Positions 9,206 to 16,473 of a DNA stretch of 33,452 bases are shown one piece after another. This DNA is from a virus (taxonomy: Duplodnaviria; Caudoviricetes), in IMG/VR virus record IMGVR_UViG_3300045771_000019, positions 1-33,452 of that record. One strand, written 5' to 3'. Below the pieces are notes generated by a model. The model saw only the letters and a list, made by a program, of their open reading frames with translations, searched no databases and was not told the DNA's origin. Each line of letters starts with the position of its first letter. The stretch's first letter is position 1. The translations under genes and the position numbers were made by a program.

Positions 9206-10141
9206 TTAGCCAAGTGTATTGGCATCTTCATCGCGACTAGCGAAGTAATTATGGATATCCCGAGAAAGACCAGCCTTATTGCCAGCAAGTTCAAGGACAC
9301 CATGAGTGTTGCGTTTAACATCTATGAACGGATCGAAGGCGTGCTTCGCTAGAATGTCCCAGCGAGAAACATAGGCTCGCTTAGTCTTGTTACCGTGCCA
9401 CCAATGCTCGATGGTTCCAGGCAAAGCACCAAGTTCACCTTTGATGTGCGAGTAAGCACGATCCTGCCAAATATCGAGAGCTTCACGGTAGGCTTTTGTC
9501 ATACCCCCATGGACAGACTCTTGAACTCGATTGATAAGAGCTAGGGCCATATGATGATCGCCAGCTCCTAGAGCTGCTGTCTCTAGGACACCACCCATCC
9601 ATTCAAGGGCTTGGCGAGTGTAAGCCCAAGCATAACCAGGATGACCAAACTCGTAACCAGAGACGCCATTAGCTCCCTGGACCACAGGCTTACCAGCGGC
9701 ATATAGAGCACAAAAGCTTCTATGAGCTTGAAGATGCTCACCATTTGGACCAAGGTCATAACAGTGGGTCCATGGCTGAATTACCGACCAGTGCTGAAGG
9801 GCATGAACGATCTCACCAGCCCAACCCCGCTGACGAAAATTGATATCTGCATCAATGGTCGCAATATACTTGGCTTCAGGAATACGGGAGATACCTATAT
9901 TAATAAGGTTCTCCTTGTTCCATACTAAGTTATGACCAGAACATCTCACTTTCACGCTATGAACATGAGGCGTATCTGGCAATTCCCAAGGGCGTTCCCC
10001 ATAGGCAACCTCAACTGTGGTTAGCTTCACACCTGAGTCGAGCATGTGCTCTTCGAATTGCTTATAGAGAGCAACCCTACTCTTCCATCGAATAGGATTA
10101 CCTATGCATGTGACGACGTGAAGCGGGTCCATTATAGCCAT
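9206..10141 (-). CDS. GT-A-fold glycosyltransferase-like protein
   Basis: WNKENLINIGI followed by YIATIDADI (DxD motif); later PGYAWAYTR...MGG and GAGD resemble GT2/GT7-type C-terminal motifs. Confidence 0.6.
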   Translation of the reverse strand: MAIMDPLHVVTCIGNPIRWKSRVALYKQFEEHMLDSGVKLTTVEVAYGERPWELPDTPHVHSVKVRCSGHNLVWNKENLINIGISRIPEAKYIATIDADINFRQRGWAGEIVHALQHWSVIQPWTHCYDLGPNGEHLQAHRSFCALYAAGKPVVQGANGVSGYEFGHPGYAWAYTRQALEWMGGVLETAALGAGDHHMALALINRVQESVHGGMTKAYREALDIWQDRAYSHIKGELGALPGTIEHWWHGNKTKRAYVSRWDILAKHAFDPFIDVKRNTHGVLELAGNKAGLSRDIHNYFASRDEDANTLG

Positions 10142-10710
10142 TGACCTGTTAACATGGATTGAAGGATATGATCGAGCCGCTTTGCTCCATACGCAAGGAA
10201 GTCAGAGCGACTTGAATTGTTATAGATGTCCACACTCTCTATAGGCAGATAGAGGTAAGAGCGGGAATCCTTGGAGAAATCCCCTCGTCCATGGATCCGA
10301 ACCAGGAGACAGTTATTAACTCCGTAGTGCTTAAGTAGGGCTTGAGCCTCACTCTCGAAACCAGAATCCGTGATGACGAACCCACGAGCATAAGAGAGTT
10401 GACCTGCCATACGCTTAAGGAGCAACTCACCGAAGACGCCTTCGCCATGGAGCGGCTTCATATACATCTCACTGAAAGCGATGTAGGCTTCTCTGGGTGT
10501 CTTCCCTAGGAAGAACTCATTGGGTAGGTCCTTACATTCCTCAAAGTAATCGTAAGGATAATCAGGACGGCCATAAAGTGCATGACACCGTTCCTTAACT
10601 TCCCATGCGAACTTCGCAATCTCGAAGCCCGTATAGGTCTGGGCCAGCTTGATTCCGAGAGTGTCTTTCCCGGAGCCAGGAGGACCATTGAGGAAAATTA
10701 TCGGGCGCAT
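10132..10710 (-). CDS. deoxynucleoside monophosphate kinase
   Basis: IIFLNGPPGSGKDT P-loop, KFA..VK, GKTPRE.YI..SE...KP and VITDSGF.SE (T4 gp1-like). Start placed at MRPIIF (10710). Confidence 0.85.
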   Translation of the reverse strand: MRPIIFLNGPPGSGKDTLGIKLAQTYTGFEIAKFAWEVKERCHALYGRPDYPYDYFEECKDLPNEFFLGKTPREAYIAFSEMYMKPLHGEGVFGELLLKRMAGQLSYARGFVITDSGFESEAQALLKHYGVNNCLLVRIHGRGDFSKDSRSYLYLPIESVDIYNNSSRSDFLAYGAKRLDHILQSMLTGQWL

Positions 10711-10907
10711 AATTGAACCAATCCCCAAATGACAGACGCAATCATCCCACATATCGCGATAATGATAGCAAGTGTGCCACCATAACCTAGGACACTATGG
10801 CGAGTGATCGTCGTAGGGGCTTTAACTCCTTCCTTAGAGATCGCCTCCAGCAGGGCAAAGAGACCTAGAATCCCTAAGATGAAGAAGACAAAAGCACCAG
10901 TGAACAT
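10698..10907 (-). CDS. small two-TM membrane protein
   Basis: Two hydrophobic segments; coupled to both neighbours. Confidence 0.6.
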   Translation of the reverse strand: MFTGAFVFFILGILGLFALLEAISKEGVKAPTTITRHSVLGYGGTLAIIIAICGMIASVIWGLVQLCAR

Positions 10908-11233
10908 CAGACTACCTCTGTCTTCGCCTCAAGGTATGAGAAGCCGTAGTCTGCAAGCTCTGATTTGGGCGCTTCGTGCTTCTTGGCCTGCCCAACCTGA
11001 TAGGGCATCCACTGAGCAAAGCCTTCCTTGAAGGGATGCTCGACACCTTCCTGAGCCAGGTAGACAGAGACCTTCGGTAGAGGAATCCCAGTGGGGGAGA
11101 AGGTGATCAGGTTCACGAGGTGATCGCTATGAACAAAGACAACGATAGCAGCCAGCGGCTGATCGTCCTTGTAACCGTGGACTGCCTTGGGCCAGTACCA
11201 GACCACTCGACCAATGGTGGGCTTGATAACCAT
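10907..11233 (-). CDS. conserved phage hypothetical protein (PTIGRVVWY...PLAAIV...VNL...WMPYQ)
   Basis: 108 aa, translationally coupled (TGATG) to the gp49_66-like gene; beta-rich pattern. Confidence 0.7.
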   Translation of the reverse strand: MVIKPTIGRVVWYWPKAVHGYKDDQPLAAIVVFVHSDHLVNLITFSPTGIPLPKVSVYLAQEGVEHPFKEGFAQWMPYQVGQAKKHEAPKSELADYGFSYLEAKTEVV

Positions 11234-11586
11234 CAGAGCAACCTCGCACTAAGCTTGGTGCAGAGCTCAAAACCCAGGTAAGCCCACAACTTGTTGATGG
11301 CATCCTGACGAGCAAGACGCTGGCCGATGTCCTGCTGGTAATTCTCTTTCGAGGCACAGGCACTCTGGCCTGTCAGCGTGAAGCCATTCCTCAGAATGAG
11401 CACACAGAAAGTGAGCCTCTCTAGGGGTTCATGGTTCCCTTCGAACTTACCATGCACACAAGAGTTACCTCTAATACCATCAGCAGCCGTGAAGTAATGC
11501 GTAAAGAGAACAAACTCTTCCACGTCTTTAAGCGTAACCCTAGGAGCAACAGCTCGCTCCTCCAATTCATTCTCAGTAACCGACAT
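11233..11586 (-). CDS. Phage_gp49_66 family protein; Acb4-like CBASS-signal sponge candidate
   Basis: APRVT...LTFCVLILRNGFTLTGQSACAS.ENY...IG..LAR.DAI.KLW...GF.L is the gp49_66 signature; GGAG SD upstream. Confidence 0.8.
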   Translation of the reverse strand: MSVTENELEERAVAPRVTLKDVEEFVLFTHYFTAADGIRGNSCVHGKFEGNHEPLERLTFCVLILRNGFTLTGQSACASKENYQQDIGQRLARQDAINKLWAYLGFELCTKLSARLL

Positions 11587-11689
11587 GATGGCTTCTCCAG
11601 TTTAATCGTACAGTTACTCTTTAGGTTATCTCTTGCTACATTGTAACTCTTTTTATGCTTGACCTAGACAGGTAAAGAGTAGATTAGTT

Positions 11690-11863
11690 TCTTCGTCGCT
11701 TCGGTAGCCACGGCTGACCCTTGCGGATAGTGGGGTAGATAACTTCCGCAGACAGTAGGTTCGAACTCCTCACTAGAATGAGTGCTAACCCATTTTTCTA
11801 GTGCCAGAACCTGAGCTGTTAACGAAAGGGTGAAGACAGAAATGTCTTTGCCCTTTCTTTTTT
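11690..11863 (+). ncRNA. candidate structured small RNA ending in an intrinsic terminator
   Basis: Stems TGCGGA/TCCGCA (11722-11750), GACAG-TAGGTTC/GAACCTG-CTGTT (11751-11820) enclosing CACTAGAA/TTCTAGTG, then a terminator. The 5' end is approximate. Confidence 0.45.
11825..11863 (+). terminator. Rho-independent terminator
   Basis: AAAGGGTGAAGACA-GAAA-TGTCTTTGCCCTTT (14 bp with tandem G-U, GAAA loop) followed by CTTTTTT. Confidence 0.75.
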
Positions 11864-12080
11864 GTAAGGAGTGCCTTGAACCTTTCTTAAACTTGTGCGT
11901 ATCATAAGCAGCGGTCTTATTGCAGGGAGGCAATCCAAGACTTGCAGAGGCTGATGTGGCGAGGCCCATCCCCCCAGTGTGGTTGAAAGCCACCACCGAA
12001 TTAGCCAGGAGCATTAGCTCTTGGCTTTTTCATTTCCAGGATTAGAGAGATTCTGGAACCAAGGAACGAAAGCTAGATCT

Positions 12081-12482
12081 ATGCAAGGGCTGCTACGAAT
12101 TATCCCAGCACCAGGCACTGGCAGAAACCAGCGTATGGCTCTCCTACGCATGGCTCTCCTACGCATGGCTCCCAGCACAGCTCAGATCGAAGATATCGTG
12201 GGTGGGAAGCTCACTCTCATAGACGGCTTCGATACTACCCATCACGACGGAGAGATAATTCCCTGCCTAGCGTTTCGAGCCAGGGACATGAACGAGCTCC
12301 GTCCCAACTCCTATGCTGACCTTTTATGGCTCCAGGCTCTTCTAAGAAAGCCAGGGTATGCAGGAGTACGTCCCTTAGCCGAGGGCGTCCTATCAGGAAC
12401 CATCGTCGTCCTCTCAGGTGACAAGGCTTTCCTAGCCGAGCTCGTCCACAATCTCCTTGAGATCCCCGGCACCGAAGAGTAG
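12081..12482 (+). CDS. DUF3846-like hypothetical protein
   Basis: QIEDIVGG.L...RPN..A..LW...VLSG.IVV resembles DUF3846. ATG at 12081 follows AAGGA; the track start at 12021 is TTG. Confidence 0.5.
   Translation: MQGLLRIIPAPGTGRNQRMALLRMALLRMAPSTAQIEDIVGGKLTLIDGFDTTHHDGEIIPCLAFRARDMNELRPNSYADLLWLQALLRKPGYAGVRPLAEGVLSGTIVVLSGDKAFLAELVHNLLEIPGTEE
12132..12171 (+). repeat. in-frame 15-bp tandem repeat, about 2.7 copies (RMALL RMALL RMA)
   Basis: CGTATGGCTCTCCTA CGCATGGCTCTCCTA CGCATGGCTC. Confidence 0.9.
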
Positions 12483-12789
12483 GGGTCTCTCTCGCTAAGC
12501 CTACGGGCAATTTTCTCTCTATGAAATACTAGAGAAGAGAAAACGGGAGAGTGTGTCTGGATGGATGTGCTTACGCACACCATCACACCATCCCAACGGG
12601 CTCCGCTCCTTAAAGATATAATCATATAAGATATTTCTATAATATTTTTATATAGAACATAGAGATAAGTTAGAAAGCCATTGTCAAAATTATTTTAGTT
12701 ATGTCTCTGGGTAGTACACTCTCTATACACTCAAGTCTCCATGACTACCCCCCCGGTAGTTGCAGATACACCATCCAATGGGGCTTCAC

Positions 12790-12833
12790 CATGGTTCAAG
12801 CATGGTTCAAGCATGGTTCAAGCATGGTTCAGG
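12790..12833. repeat. 11-bp tandem repeat x4 (CATGGTTCAAG)
   Basis: Three exact copies plus CATGGTTCAGG, with no spacers. Confidence 0.95.
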
Positions 12834-12872
12834 CTTAGCTGATCATACACTCAGGCATGGCTGATGTGGAGA

Positions 12873-12891
12873 CCGGCTTCGCCGGGTGTGG
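12873..12891 (+). promoter_or_regulatory. N4-type virion RNAP early hairpin promoter 1
   Basis: CCGGC-TTC-GCCGG (template strand C-GAA-G loop); GG at 12890-12891, 11 nt from the loop centre as in N4 promoters. Confidence 0.85.
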
Positions 12892-12929
12892 CAATAGTGC
12901 CAGACAATCACGTACAATGGAGATACATC

Positions 12930-13277
12930 ATGGCTACCGCTCGCTTCACTGCTGGTGCTGTGCTTGATACCGTCACTGTGGCTGCAACCACTGTGGTCGG
13001 AGCGTTGGACACCGTGTCCAATGGAGTGGGTATGATCAACGCATTTGTGTCGAAGGCTGCTGAAGAGCAGCGTAAGCGTTATCTCATCGACGCTGCAACC
13101 ATGGATCAGCGGCTTGTCGATGAGGCAGCTCGTGATCAAGCTAATCGTCGTCGTGCTCTGGACAAGGAGTTGGACGCTGATCCTGTGTTCAAGGATCACT
13201 ATCTTCAGGCTCATGCAGAGTTCCTGGCTATCCTCAAGCCTCAGCCTAAGTCGGCTCTGCATGTTGCAGCTGAATAA
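12930..13277 (+). CDS. first early gene, hypothetical helical protein
   Basis: ATG at 12930 with a GGAG SD just downstream of promoter 1; the track start at 12864 lies upstream of the promoter. Confidence 0.8.
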   Translation: MATARFTAGAVLDTVTVAATTVVGALDTVSNGVGMINAFVSKAAEEQRKRYLIDAATMDQRLVDEAARDQANRRRALDKELDADPVFKDHYLQAHAEFLAILKPQPKSALHVAAE

Positions 13278-13286
13278 TTAACAAAG

Positions 13287-13321
13287 GCTATCATCATCCA
13301 CACTCAGTGGGTGGTGGTAGC
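13287..13321 (+). terminator. 15-bp RNA hairpin after the first early gene (terminator or 3' stabiliser; no U-tract)
   Basis: GCTATCATCATCCAC-ACTCA-GTGGGTGGTGGTAGC; three U-G pairs make it fully paired only on the + strand. Confidence 0.55.
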
Positions 13322-13610
13322 TCACTCAGTCATGTAGATAGAGCTATCGATAGACCTATCATAGTGTGTATCACTATCATGACCATTCACTAGCATGAAC
13401 TTCATGATCTTATGTGTATGTGTGTACCTATTCATTATCATGATTTACCATGATCACTATCACGAAACGCAGTGGAGTGATCACATATATATATAAAGTG
13501 GTAGCTTAGTGTCATTACACTGCAATTCAACTACACTTATAAAACATAACTAACATTACCCTCAACATATCCATATCCATCCAATCACCTAAAGTCAGCC
13601 TAAACCATAA

Positions 13611-13629
13611 CTGGCTTCGCCAGGAGTGG
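13611..13629 (+). promoter_or_regulatory. N4-type virion RNAP early hairpin promoter 2
   Basis: CTGGC-TTC-GCCAG (compensatory T-A change versus promoter 1); GG at 13628-13629. Confidence 0.85.
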
Positions 13630-13662
13630 AGTAATGTTCAACTTCCAAATGGAGACCATCAC

Positions 13663-14004
13663 ATGAAAGTCATCATATGTGGAGGCAGAGACTTCGCAGA
13701 TCGTGAGAAAGCGTTCTACGAACTCGACCAAATTCACGCTCAGTGGCCTATCACTCTCGTTATCGAGGGTGGTGCTCGTGGAGCTGATCGTATTGGTCGA
13801 AACTGGGCTCGAATGCGAAATATTCCATTCCAGACTGTCAATGCAGACTGGGACACGCACGGTAAGCGTGCTGGCTGGCTGCGTAATGTCGCTATGGCCG
13901 ATCTCAAGCCTGATGGTGTCATCGCTCTACCTGGTGGAGTCGGCACCAAGATGATGCTGGATATTGCTAAACAGCGGAATATCCCAACCTGTGTAATCAC
14001 TTAG
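13663..14004 (+). CDS. YspA/cpYpsA-related SLOG family protein (DUF2493)
   Basis: MKVIICGGRDF, IEGGARGAD, ADW..HGKRAG..RN..M and PGG.GT..M motifs. Confidence 0.88.
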   Translation: MKVIICGGRDFADREKAFYELDQIHAQWPITLVIEGGARGADRIGRNWARMRNIPFQTVNADWDTHGKRAGWLRNVAMADLKPDGVIALPGGVGTKMMLDIAKQRNIPTCVIT

Positions 14005-14013
14005 GGGCTAATC

Positions 14014-14214
14014 ATGCCCCTACATATCGAACTCAGCCTTGGCTCAGGCCAATGGAAGCCACTAGGTCCCATCACTCGTAAAGGATGGTGTGAGCTCAAT
14101 CATGAGCTTCCTAAGTCACTGAGTGCTGACTACGTGAAAGATACAACGTGTCTTGTCATTCGTTTGCTTGAAAATGGCAAACCTATTGATAAGATCCAGC
14201 GTAACCTAAAGTAA
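14014..14214 (+). CDS. hypothetical protein
   Basis: AGGGG SD; tightly packed in the early operon. Confidence 0.6.
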   Translation: MPLHIELSLGSGQWKPLGPITRKGWCELNHELPKSLSADYVKDTTCLVIRLLENGKPIDKIQRNLK

Positions 14215-14227
14215 TAGGAGGCTAATC

Positions 14228-14545
14228 ATGGTTACCATCACTGTGGTCAACAAGCACAAGGATGACGATCTTAAAGCCATCTACATTGGCAGAGGATCAG
14301 CTCTAGGCAATCCATTCCCTATCTCAGATGGACGGACCAGAGCTCAAGTCATTGATCTCTATCGAGTATGGCTCGATGAGAAGATCAAAGCTGAAGACTG
14401 GACTGTATGTAACGAGCTCAACATAATAGCTATGAAGGCTCAAGAGCCTAATGGCGTAAAGCTTAAGTGTTTCTGCAAACCGTTGGCTTGTCATGGCGAC
14501 ATCATTAAAGATGTTGTCCTCAAAGCCTTGAACCAAGGAAGCTAA
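14228..14545 (+). CDS. DUF4326 domain protein
   Basis: VVNK...YIGRGS.LGNPF...R..VI..YR.WL...L.CFCKP.ACHGDII. Confidence 0.88.
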   Translation: MVTITVVNKHKDDDLKAIYIGRGSALGNPFPISDGRTRAQVIDLYRVWLDEKIKAEDWTVCNELNIIAMKAQEPNGVKLKCFCKPLACHGDIIKDVVLKALNQGS

Positions 14546-14547
14546 TC

Positions 14548-14820
14548 ATGAGACCGATGTTAGGCCAAACTTGCGGCAACTGTGGCAACGTTGATAACTG
14601 TGGTTGGTACACAGCTGAAGACTGCGGCAGTGGGTATTCTCATTGGATACCTAAAGCTGACGAAATCGAAGCTGAGCACGAAGCTGAGACTGAGCTTCTC
14701 AACATGCTCGGCACTGGTGAAGCTCGTGAGAAACTCATCGAGCACATCAAGACTGACACTCTGGAGAATATGGTCAATTTCCCAGAGCATGTTTACGAGA
14801 ATACATTCTCGAAGTTCTGA
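14548..14820 (+). CDS. hypothetical protein with Cys-rich N-terminus
   Basis: CGNC....C.......C motif; AAGGA SD. Confidence 0.6.
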   Translation: MRPMLGQTCGNCGNVDNCGWYTAEDCGSGYSHWIPKADEIEAEHEAETELLNMLGTGEAREKLIEHIKTDTLENMVNFPEHVYENTFSKF

Positions 14821-14876
14821 TCATCCATGGATCCAGCTCATAACTGGGTCCATAATTCACATCTCAGGAGAGTGTA

Positions 14877-15029
14877 ATGGACTGGCTCATTAGAGTGCTA
14901 AAGATCAAACTCATACTCTACTGGATCACAGTCTACATTGTGGTTCAGATCTTTGAGTTCTTGGTCACGAAATTCATCTTCAAATGGATGTTCGGATCTA
15001 AAGACGAACCAGAACAGAAGAAAGCTTAA
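14877..15029 (+). CDS. small hydrophobic (single-TM) protein
   Basis: Below the track cutoff; AGGAG SD; MDWLIRVLKIKLILYWITVYIVVQIFEFLV...KKA. Confidence 0.5.
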   Translation: MDWLIRVLKIKLILYWITVYIVVQIFEFLVTKFIFKWMFGSKDEPEQKKA

Positions 15030-15122
15030 TCATGGGCTTCGAGCAACATGATGCTCATGTAATTGCATGGAAAATCCTACTCCATGCAAGACGTCATCAT
15101 AAATTTAATCAAGGAGCCAATC

Positions 15123-15290
15123 ATGGACATCACAAATCTCAACACCAAGGCCAAGTGGCTGCTAATCGCAGTCATGCTAGGTGTAATATCCACATGGATC
15201 ATCAGCTTCATGCTCGATGACCAGGTTGCCATGAGACAGTGCATGGCACATCATGGTTACAATACCTGTCACTACCAACTCATGAGGTAA
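15123..15290 (+). CDS. small single-TM protein
   Basis: AAGGAG SD before ATG 15123; hydrophobic WLLIAVMLGVISTWIISFML followed by C.......C. Confidence 0.55.
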   Translation: MDITNLNTKAKWLLIAVMLGVISTWIISFMLDDQVAMRQCMAHHGYNTCHYQLMR

Positions 15291-15436
15291 GGAGCACAAA
15301 TATGAAATTCTTCCATCACTTCAAAGAGTTCGACAAATACCGTGGCATGTACTGGAATGAGATCCATGTGGGTCCATTCACATGGCAGTGGTTTTCTTGG
15401 TTCTAAATTCCACAGATTCAACAAGGAGAATGTAAT

Positions 15437-15784
15437 ATGTCCGCTATCCGTCTGGTCCAAGAGAAGATTGAGTATTTCAAGACGATGAATGCTGCCCATA
15501 AGGTAGTCATCAATGGCAACGAGACTGCCCAGTATGCGTTGGAGGGTATTCTCGCCAAGCTTCGTTGCGAGATCAGTCTCGAACAGTATCGTCCTACCTG
15601 GGTCAAAGGTCTGAAGATCCAGGCTATCAAGGACTATCGTCAGGATTCTGGCGTTAGTCTCAAGGAAGCCAAGGACGCTTTGGAGTATTACTTCAAAGAT
15701 GTGAAGGTTGAGCATCCCAATGCTTCAGCCGTAGTCCATGAAGTTAATCTCGGAGATATTCTCCGAAATGCTGGAATGAGATAG
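15437..15784 (+). CDS. protein with ribosomal L7/L12 C-terminal-like domain
   Basis: KIQAIKDYRQDSGVSLKEAKDALE matches the L7/L12 CTD motif KI.VIK.VR..TGLGLKEAKDLVE; AAGGAG SD. Confidence 0.7.
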   Translation: MSAIRLVQEKIEYFKTMNAAHKVVINGNETAQYALEGILAKLRCEISLEQYRPTWVKGLKIQAIKDYRQDSGVSLKEAKDALEYYFKDVKVEHPNASAVVHEVNLGDILRNAGMR

Positions 15785-15867
15785 CTTATTGCTGTCTTGG
15801 GTTCAGTAACTCTGTAGCAGAGCAGGGCTTTGTGCCTTGTTCTGCTTGGTTTGTTGTTGTTTCAACA

Positions 15868-15886
15868 CCGGCTTCGCCGGATTCGG
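15868..15886 (+). promoter_or_regulatory. N4-type virion RNAP early hairpin promoter 3
   Basis: CCGGC-TTC-GCCGG; GG at 15885-15886; immediately upstream of the gp2-like gene. Confidence 0.85.
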
Positions 15887-15914
15887 GAATGTTCCCAACA
15901 CGTAGGAGATAATC

Positions 15915-16361
15915 ATGGCTGTCAATGCTACTCGTACCTTCGGCGCTGGTCTGAGCGCTCCCCAATCCACTGCTCGTAAGGGCAAGTGGCCCAATGCTGG
16001 AGGCCAGACCGACGAGACGTTCGTCAAGGCGGAATACTGGCTCAACATCGGCTATAACGTCGATCTCGACACCGATGAGGGTGTTGTCACTCGTTTCGTA
16101 GCGCTTCCCAAGGGGATTCCGCTGGATACGATGGCACCACTGGTCTCGAACAGCGCCAATGATGAGTTCTACATGCTCATCACGGCCCAGAACAATCTGT
16201 TGGCCGACATCAAGGAGCAGTGCAAGAGCTTGCAGCCGGGAGAGACCAAGCACTTTGGTGATCTCGACGGACTGCATTTCCAGCTCAAGCGTTCGAAGGC
16301 TCAGCGTCAGGAGCTCGCTCCCGACGCCAATCCCTTCGTTCGGAAGCTCACTTTCGCTTAA
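15915..16361 (+). CDS. N4 gp2-like ssDNA-binding activator of RNAPII (middle transcription)
   Basis: KAEYWLNIGY, FVALPKGIPLDT, AQNNLL, LQPGE and NPFVRKLTF closely match N4 gp2 as recalled. Confidence 0.9.
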   Translation: MAVNATRTFGAGLSAPQSTARKGKWPNAGGQTDETFVKAEYWLNIGYNVDLDTDEGVVTRFVALPKGIPLDTMAPLVSNSANDEFYMLITAQNNLLADIKEQCKSLQPGETKHFGDLDGLHFQLKRSKAQRQELAPDANPFVRKLTFA

Positions 16362-16366
16362 AGATT

Positions 16367-16401
16367 ACCTATGGGAGCCTTAGTGCTCCCATAGGTTTTT
16401 T
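16367..16401 (+). terminator. Rho-independent terminator
   Basis: ACCTATGGGAGC-CTTAGT-GCTCCCATAGGT followed by a T run. Confidence 0.9.
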
Positions 16402-16473
16402 GTTGGTTGATAGAGCTCAACTTCCTAAAAGACAAAAGTAGGTATTCTGCATAAATAGGCAGGATGTCACCTA

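Noticed and set aside
11664-12014. 116-aa minus-strand ORF
   Set aside because: No SD or recognisable motif; it overlaps the structured RNA and terminator on the opposite strand.
12790-12833. Possible CRISPR or mini-array
   Set aside because: The 11-bp units are directly adjacent with no spacers, and there are no cas genes in the window.
15786-16277. Long antisense ORFs (this one, 15272..15715, 23236..23694 and similar)
   Set aside because: They are shadows of well-supported opposite-strand genes, with no SD or motifs.
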